Of a stretch of DNA of 22,238 nucleotides, positions 17,825 through 22,238 are shown piece after piece. The notes beneath the pieces were generated by a model. It ran no database searches and had not been told where the DNA came from. It saw nothing but the letters and a program-made list of their open reading frames with translations. How positions within the stretch are numbered: the stretch's first letter is position 1; the number at the start of each line of letters is the position of its first letter. A program made the translations under genes and the position numbers. This stretch comes from an uncultured euryarchaeote. GTDB taxonomy: Archaea > Thermoplasmatota > Poseidoniia > Poseidoniales > Poseidoniaceae. Location: positions 1-22,238 of the forward strand of contig CALBRH010000047.1 in the NCBI GenBank assembly GCA_937899865.1. The letters are read 5' to 3'.

Positions 17825-18604
17825 ATGCGAATCGTGCGCCTACCCGGTATTCATCATGATTCAAATGTAGTTTTAGTTATTGGAAACATAGGAAATATAA
17901 TCATCGATGCTGGCACTTCATGGTACCAATCATTACAATTGGAGCGAATACAAGGGATTCTCGAAGAGGGTGGTGACATTGTTGATACTGTTGATAGAAT
18001 ATTGCTTACTTCTAGACGATTTCCTTGTTCAGGTGGAGCAAATCATTTGTCATCGGAGTTAGGAAATTGTCCAGTTCACATTCATCCAGAAGGTCAATCT
18101 TCGTTAGAAACTGGAGATTTCTTTACAACTTGGGCCAATAGATTTGATTCAGATATGCCTACAATCACTACAGAGATAGTCAATCACAATGATGTATTTC
18201 CCTTGGGTCAAGGGCAGATTTGTGCTATTTCTGTTCCAGGACATTGCTCTGATGGTATGGCTTATCACATACCTGAGAAGGAATTGCTTGTTGCAGGATT
18301 ATTAATTCCAAGAGCAGATCGACCAACAAGATGGGACATGCCTACAGGTTGCTTGCCAGACATTGTGAAAAGCTTACGCAGCATAAGAAAGTTAAAACTT
18401 GAAACAATTATTCCACTTCAAGGACCAGCGATAAAGGGAAAAAAGCATGTGTTAGAGGTATTAAATCAACACATCGAATTTTTTGAAAAATGCATTGAGA
18501 TGGAAGGTAAATCTCCAAAATCGTGGGCAAGACCAGCGCAAACTGCTTTGTGGTTTACTCCTCATCCACCCTGGCCACTTGAAGAAAGAGAAGAAATCAA
18601 CTGA
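17825..18604 (+). CDS. Metallo-beta-lactamase-fold protein with degenerate metal-binding motifs
   Basis: SNVVLV, IIIDAG, VDRILLT-SRRFPC-SGGA (in place of THxHxDHxGG), VHIHP, VPGHCSDG, LLVAGL and IIPLQG follow the glyoxalase-II-like scaffold order. GAGGA SD upstream. Confidence 0.8.
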   Translation: MRIVRLPGIHHDSNVVLVIGNIGNIIIDAGTSWYQSLQLERIQGILEEGGDIVDTVDRILLTSRRFPCSGGANHLSSELGNCPVHIHPEGQSSLETGDFFTTWANRFDSDMPTITTEIVNHNDVFPLGQGQICAISVPGHCSDGMAYHIPEKELLVAGLLIPRADRPTRWDMPTGCLPDIVKSLRSIRKLKLETIIPLQGPAIKGKKHVLEVLNQHIEFFEKCIEMEGKSPKSWARPAQTALWFTPHPPWPLEEREEIN

Positions 18605-19208
18605 TTATTGGCATATCTAACATTGTTCCAAAGACAGAATTACGTGCTTTCTTTTCCAATAGTTTCGCTCGTCGATTAGAGCGCTCGATTTGCTTTTGCT
18701 CGAAAATTTGATTACTGCTATAATTAGAAATCATAACACCTTGCCAGTCATAATTATATTTTGACCAACCACTATGGACTATGATCTCATTATTGGTTGT
18801 TCTAATACTGGTAATACATTCATCATGGTTAAACAACAAAACACAGTTGCTTGGAACTTCTCTACCAATCATCCAAACTTGACCATTATCATTACCAACG
18901 AGTAGCTTGTCAGAAGTTGAACTAACTCTACACAAAGAACGAATCAATCCGCCATTTGTCTCATAAGCATCGAGTAATTCTAATCTTGGTAGTGATAATT
19001 TAATCACATTTCCTCTAGTATCTCCAATTACTAGTGATTCGCAAAGACCAGAGTCTCCTTTCATTCCAAGTAATACCGATGCTGGATATTGTAATCGATA
19101 GTTTGTTCGACGACCATTATTTGGGCGCCAACTAATCATTCCGTCATCGAGAGCGATGATATAGCCATCACTCAAAACCATGCTGCGTACTACGGTTCCA
19201 TTTGTCAT
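18597..19208 (-). CDS. Hypothetical protein with WD40/beta-propeller-like blades and a basic C-terminal helix
   Basis: Repeating units IIALDDGMISW, LVIGDTRGNVIKL, LLVGNDNGQVWMI and IIVHSGWS, with VRSM / IRSL / ITSI strands between them. Only about 4 blades. Confidence 0.65.
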   Translation of the reverse strand: MTNGTVVRSMVLSDGYIIALDDGMISWRPNNGRRTNYRLQYPASVLLGMKGDSGLCESLVIGDTRGNVIKLSLPRLELLDAYETNGGLIRSLCRVSSTSDKLLVGNDNGQVWMIGREVPSNCVLLFNHDECITSIRTTNNEIIVHSGWSKYNYDWQGVMISNYSSNQIFEQKQIERSNRRAKLLEKKARNSVFGTMLDMPIIS

Positions 19209-19276
19209 ACAAAAGAAATGTCAGCCGGGGGTAGGATTACTTTTTGTAGACCCCTTTGGGAAAACTGAAAGTGAAA

Positions 19277-19552
19277 TCAATAAGTGTCTTCATTCTTATT
19301 TTCTTTCTTCCATGTTCTGTAACAAGACTTGCAAACACGAACTCGACCTTTGGTTGCGGTAAAATTACCTTCACCCCACATATCCAATGCATTATCCAAT
19401 GATAGTGAACGGCCTCCTAATGATTTGTCAGCGAATTTTTCACAACCACTTATCGCGCAAGCAAGTTCACCCTTGTTGGATTTTTTCTTAGTATCAGCTT
19501 TGTCTGATGGGTCATCTTTACGATGTTTTCTTGCTTTTGCTTTGAATCCCAT
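19277..19552 (-). CDS. Small basic putative zinc-finger protein (91 aa)
   Basis: Lys/Arg-rich N-terminus; CAISGC ... VRVCKSCYRTWKK supplies four Cys. Fills the gap co-directionally behind tfb. Confidence 0.75.
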   Translation of the reverse strand: MGFKAKARKHRKDDPSDKADTKKKSNKGELACAISGCEKFADKSLGGRSLSLDNALDMWGEGNFTATKGRVRVCKSCYRTWKKENKNEDTY

Positions 19553-19591
19553 GCAACTCCCACAAATTTACGCTTATTCAATGTTAGGGTT

Positions 19592-20584
19592 TCACTGCTT
19601 GGATACTTCACCAAGTTGTGCCAATAAACCATCAAAGATTCTCAGCAAGCCACGCAGAGTTACCTCTGAAACATTGGCAACTTTACAAACATCTGATTGA
19701 GTTCTTGAATTTCCAGATTCTGCGGCTGCTTTGTAGATTAGAGCAGCAGCAACACCCATCGGTTTCTTACCTTGCCAAATATCCTCATGAGGTTGTATTT
19801 TAGACCAAAGGTGATTAACTTGAGTAAAAATATTCGGTGGAAGTTGCAAGTCAGAGATGAATTTGTCAAAGTACTCGTTTGGTGATGTGATTTTATGCAA
19901 GTTCAACTTACGAGAAACTTGTCTAATCAATCTTGATAATTCTTTTTCTGTGACGGCATAACTTTCAGAAATCTCGGGAATCTGACGAGGAAGATTTTCC
20001 TCACGGGCAACTAAATATGTACATGCAGCGGCAACTCCAGCAATTGATCTTCCAGTAACAAAACCTTCACCACTTAATCTTCGGTAGAGTCTAGCTGTTT
20101 CTTCTTGCAGTGACTTAGGTAGATTTGATTTATCCCTTATCATTTGGTTTGCTTTGACCAGATTTCTTTCCCTGCTCTTTCTTGTTTTTGAACGCTCATC
20201 AATCACTCTTCTTCTGCGCCAATCTCTTCTTGACTGAGAATTCATTCCATGCCTTGAAGAAGAACTTGAGTTCAAATCTTTAACATCAATTGAGGTGTTG
20301 AGGCCTTTATCAGCTAATGTATATGTTAATGGTTGACCAACCCGCGAACGGTCTTCAGATTTGTCTCTATTGGTCCATTCTGCACCTGGGTCGATTACAT
20401 TCTCTTCTACTACAAGCCCACATGAGTTACAAATTATTTCGCCTCTTGTATTATCAACTTGCCAGTCAACAACTCCACATTCCTCACATGGCTTTGTGTG
20501 TCCATCTACAACTCGTCTATTTTTATCGAATAGGCCGTACTCTGTAATCCCTGGTCTCGACCTTCTACTATTATCTCTATTCAT
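19592..20584 (-). CDS. tfb: Transcription initiation factor IIB (TFB), divergent paralogue
   Basis: Zn ribbon CEECG...GEIICNSCGLVVEENVID, GAEW, RVGQPLTYTLADKGLNT, ERNL, GRSI..VAAAC.Y, GKKP.GVAAA.IY and RTQ..V..VA.VSEVTLR. GGAGGT SD at 20592-20597. Confidence 0.95.
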   Translation of the reverse strand: MNRDNSRRSRPGITEYGLFDKNRRVVDGHTKPCEECGVVDWQVDNTRGEIICNSCGLVVEENVIDPGAEWTNRDKSEDRSRVGQPLTYTLADKGLNTSIDVKDLNSSSSSRHGMNSQSRRDWRRRRVIDERSKTRKSRERNLVKANQMIRDKSNLPKSLQEETARLYRRLSGEGFVTGRSIAGVAAACTYLVAREENLPRQIPEISESYAVTEKELSRLIRQVSRKLNLHKITSPNEYFDKFISDLQLPPNIFTQVNHLWSKIQPHEDIWQGKKPMGVAAALIYKAAAESGNSRTQSDVCKVANVSEVTLRGLLRIFDGLLAQLGEVSKQ

Positions 20585-20620
20585 TTACTTAACCTCCAGT
20601 TAATTAGTTAAACTTCGACA

Positions 20621-20635
20621 TATATAAACCTTTTT
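20621..20635 (-). promoter_or_regulatory. BRE plus TATA box of tfb
   Basis: The minus strand reads AAAAAGG-TTTATATA, a canonical archaeal BRE/TATA. It lies 37 nt upstream of the ATG, leaving room for the SD-containing leader. Confidence 0.7.
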
Positions 20636-20828
20636 ATTTTGTGTCACCTAAATTAAGAGTGTACTAATAGCCGAATTACCCAATTTTCACACTGGTTTGA
20701 CTTGAAGTAGGTTGATGTGAATATAAACTGTTGTTTTTGCAATATTGTTGTAGTTTATATGGTGTTTAAAGTTAAATTGTCAATGACATAGTTCAAAGAC
20801 GGTACGCGTAACGCTTGATTCGACAGAC

Positions 20829-22133
20829 ATGCCAGCAACAGTGGTACTCGGAGCACAGTGGGGAGATGAAGGTAAAGGAAAATTGGTTGACCGTATTGCT
20901 GAGCAAGCAACATGGGTTGCTAGATTCCAAGGAGGCAATAATGCTGGCCACACGGTTGTACTTGGAGATGAGGTTCTAAAATTCCATCTTCTTCCCTCTG
21001 GGATAACCAGAAAAGAATGTAATTTGGTTCTTGGAGACGGCATGGTAATCGACCCATGGGTATTGGATACCGAATTGAAGAATTGGCAAGAATCAACAGG
21101 TGAAGACCCAAGAGGCGATCGCTTATTTGTTAGCGAGCGAGCTCATATCATCTTGCCTTATCATAGATTTTTAGATGGACTGGATAAGAAAATAGGAACT
21201 ACTGGTCGAGGTATTGGCCCAACATATGCTGACAAGATTAACCGAATTGGACTTAGGTTTGGGGATGTTGAAGAAGTTAAAGATGATGATGAATGGTATT
21301 CTTCAACGGTCAGTCGAATGAATGCTTCTTTAGAGGCAGCAGGTTGTACAGATCGAGTTACTGTTGAGGGATTAAAATCAGATGTTAATTGGGTCTGGGA
21401 TAATTATTCTACTAGTATAGGAAACACAGGCTTAATGCTTGATAATGCGCTAAAAATGGATGAGCATGTGATTCTTGAAGGAGCACAGGGTTGTCTACTC
21501 GATATTGACCAAGGAACTTTTCCATTCGTAACTTCAAGTGTGACCTCAAGAGGTAATTCAACACATGGTGCAGGGATTCATCCAGGGCACGTCAATGAAG
21601 TGATTGGCATAACTAAAGCATATATTACAAGGGTTGGAAATGGTGCAATGCCTACTGAATTACTAGATGAAGTAGGGGATCATTTGGGTACAGTTGGCCA
21701 TGAGTTTGGTACAACAACCGGCAGAAAGCGTCGATGTGGCTGGTTTGATGCTGTAGTAATGCGTCATGCTCACAGAATCAATGGCTTTACCGGATTAGCC
21801 CTTACTAAGTTAGATGTGCTTGGTGGATTAGATGAATTGAATATCTGTGTAGCATACGAATTAGATGGCAAGGAAATTCGAGAAATGCCATCTAGTGCTT
21901 CAGCACTTGCAAGATGTAAACCAATTTACATCACCATGCCAGGGTTCCCATCCCACTCCCTTGTAGAGTGGCTTGGAATCGCAAAGAAAGCTAATGATGA
22001 GGGACTTGGTTATTCGATACTACCCTCTGCAGCACAACATTACATCAAACAGATTGAGAATTTGGTAGGAGTTCCTTGTACTTCAGTTGGCGTAGGTCCA
22101 GATAGAGATGCAACAATCGACTGTGTCGAGTGA
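20829..22133 (+). CDS. purA: Adenylosuccinate synthetase (long, about 430-aa form)
   Basis: GAQWGDEGKGK, RFQGGNNAGHT, IGTTGRGIGPTYADK, ILEGAQG.LLDID.GTFPFVTSS, EFGTTTGRKRRCGWFD and LTKLDVL. Confidence 0.98.
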   Translation: MPATVVLGAQWGDEGKGKLVDRIAEQATWVARFQGGNNAGHTVVLGDEVLKFHLLPSGITRKECNLVLGDGMVIDPWVLDTELKNWQESTGEDPRGDRLFVSERAHIILPYHRFLDGLDKKIGTTGRGIGPTYADKINRIGLRFGDVEEVKDDDEWYSSTVSRMNASLEAAGCTDRVTVEGLKSDVNWVWDNYSTSIGNTGLMLDNALKMDEHVILEGAQGCLLDIDQGTFPFVTSSVTSRGNSTHGAGIHPGHVNEVIGITKAYITRVGNGAMPTELLDEVGDHLGTVGHEFGTTTGRKRRCGWFDAVVMRHAHRINGFTGLALTKLDVLGGLDELNICVAYELDGKEIREMPSSASALARCKPIYITMPGFPSHSLVEWLGIAKKANDEGLGYSILPSAAQHYIKQIENLVGVPCTSVGVGPDRDATIDCVE

Positions 22134-22183
22134 GTATAACCATTGGCAACATAGAAAAGGTGGAGACACCCCGCCAGCCTTGA

Positions 22184-22238
22184 GGGCGCTTAGCTCAGTT
22201 GGAAGAGCGTCTGGTTTGCAACCAGAAGGCCGGGGGTT
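22184..22238 (+). tRNA. tRNA-Ala(UGC), truncated by the window end
   Basis: GGGCGCT acceptor 5' strand (G3), TA, D-arm GCTC-AGTTGGAA-GAGC, anticodon arm TCTGG-TTTGCAA-CCAGA (anticodon TGC), variable loop AGGCC, T-stem GGGGG-TT at the edge. Confidence 0.92.

Noticed and set aside
19227-19254. Imperfect hairpin GGGGT...ACCCC between the Zn-finger and propeller genes as a terminator or small RNA
   Set aside because: Stem is short and interrupted, and I recognise no RNA family; cannot be supported without folding or expression data.
20585-20828. 244-nt AT-rich intergenic region as a replication origin or hidden small gene
   Set aside because: No ORB-like repeats, no cdc6/orc1 neighbour and no convincing ORF found; explained by divergent tfb and purA promoters.
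1-22238. Mobile element, provirus or defence island
   Set aside because: No integrase, transposase, terminal repeats, viral or defence genes, and no obvious compositional break.

Overview
Compact, AT-rich archaeal chromosomal segment. Archaeal-type AspRS, membrane LonB, TFB, L40e, FlaK/PibD-like peptidase and UPF0147 point to Thermoplasmatota. The large single-pass surface proteins with TSP3 repeats and Trp/Pro-rich C-terminal tails fit Marine Group II (Ca. Poseidoniales); this taxon call is an inference. I find 16 CDSs and a tRNA-Ala(UGC) cut off by the window end. One CDS is 5'-truncated, and one (rpl40e, 17573..17722) is missing from the ORF track. Housekeeping genes (aspS, bacterial-type metK, trmI, lonB, MFS transporter, UPF0147, flaK-like, rpl40e, tfb, purA) are interspersed with three large cell-surface proteins and three poorly characterised genes. 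No mobile element, CRISPR array or rRNA is visible. The most interesting signals are: (i) an apparently dead SGNH-hydrolase domain inserted inside an Ig-like domain of a 1351-aa surface protein; (ii) an MBL-fold protein that has lost five of six metal ligands; (iii) three receptor-like proteins, each with a different small cytoplasmic module; (iv) no N-glycosylation sequons in the ectodomain of the thioredoxin/Omp28-like protein, against about 26 in its neighbour. All motif and count statements were made by hand; no database searches were run.
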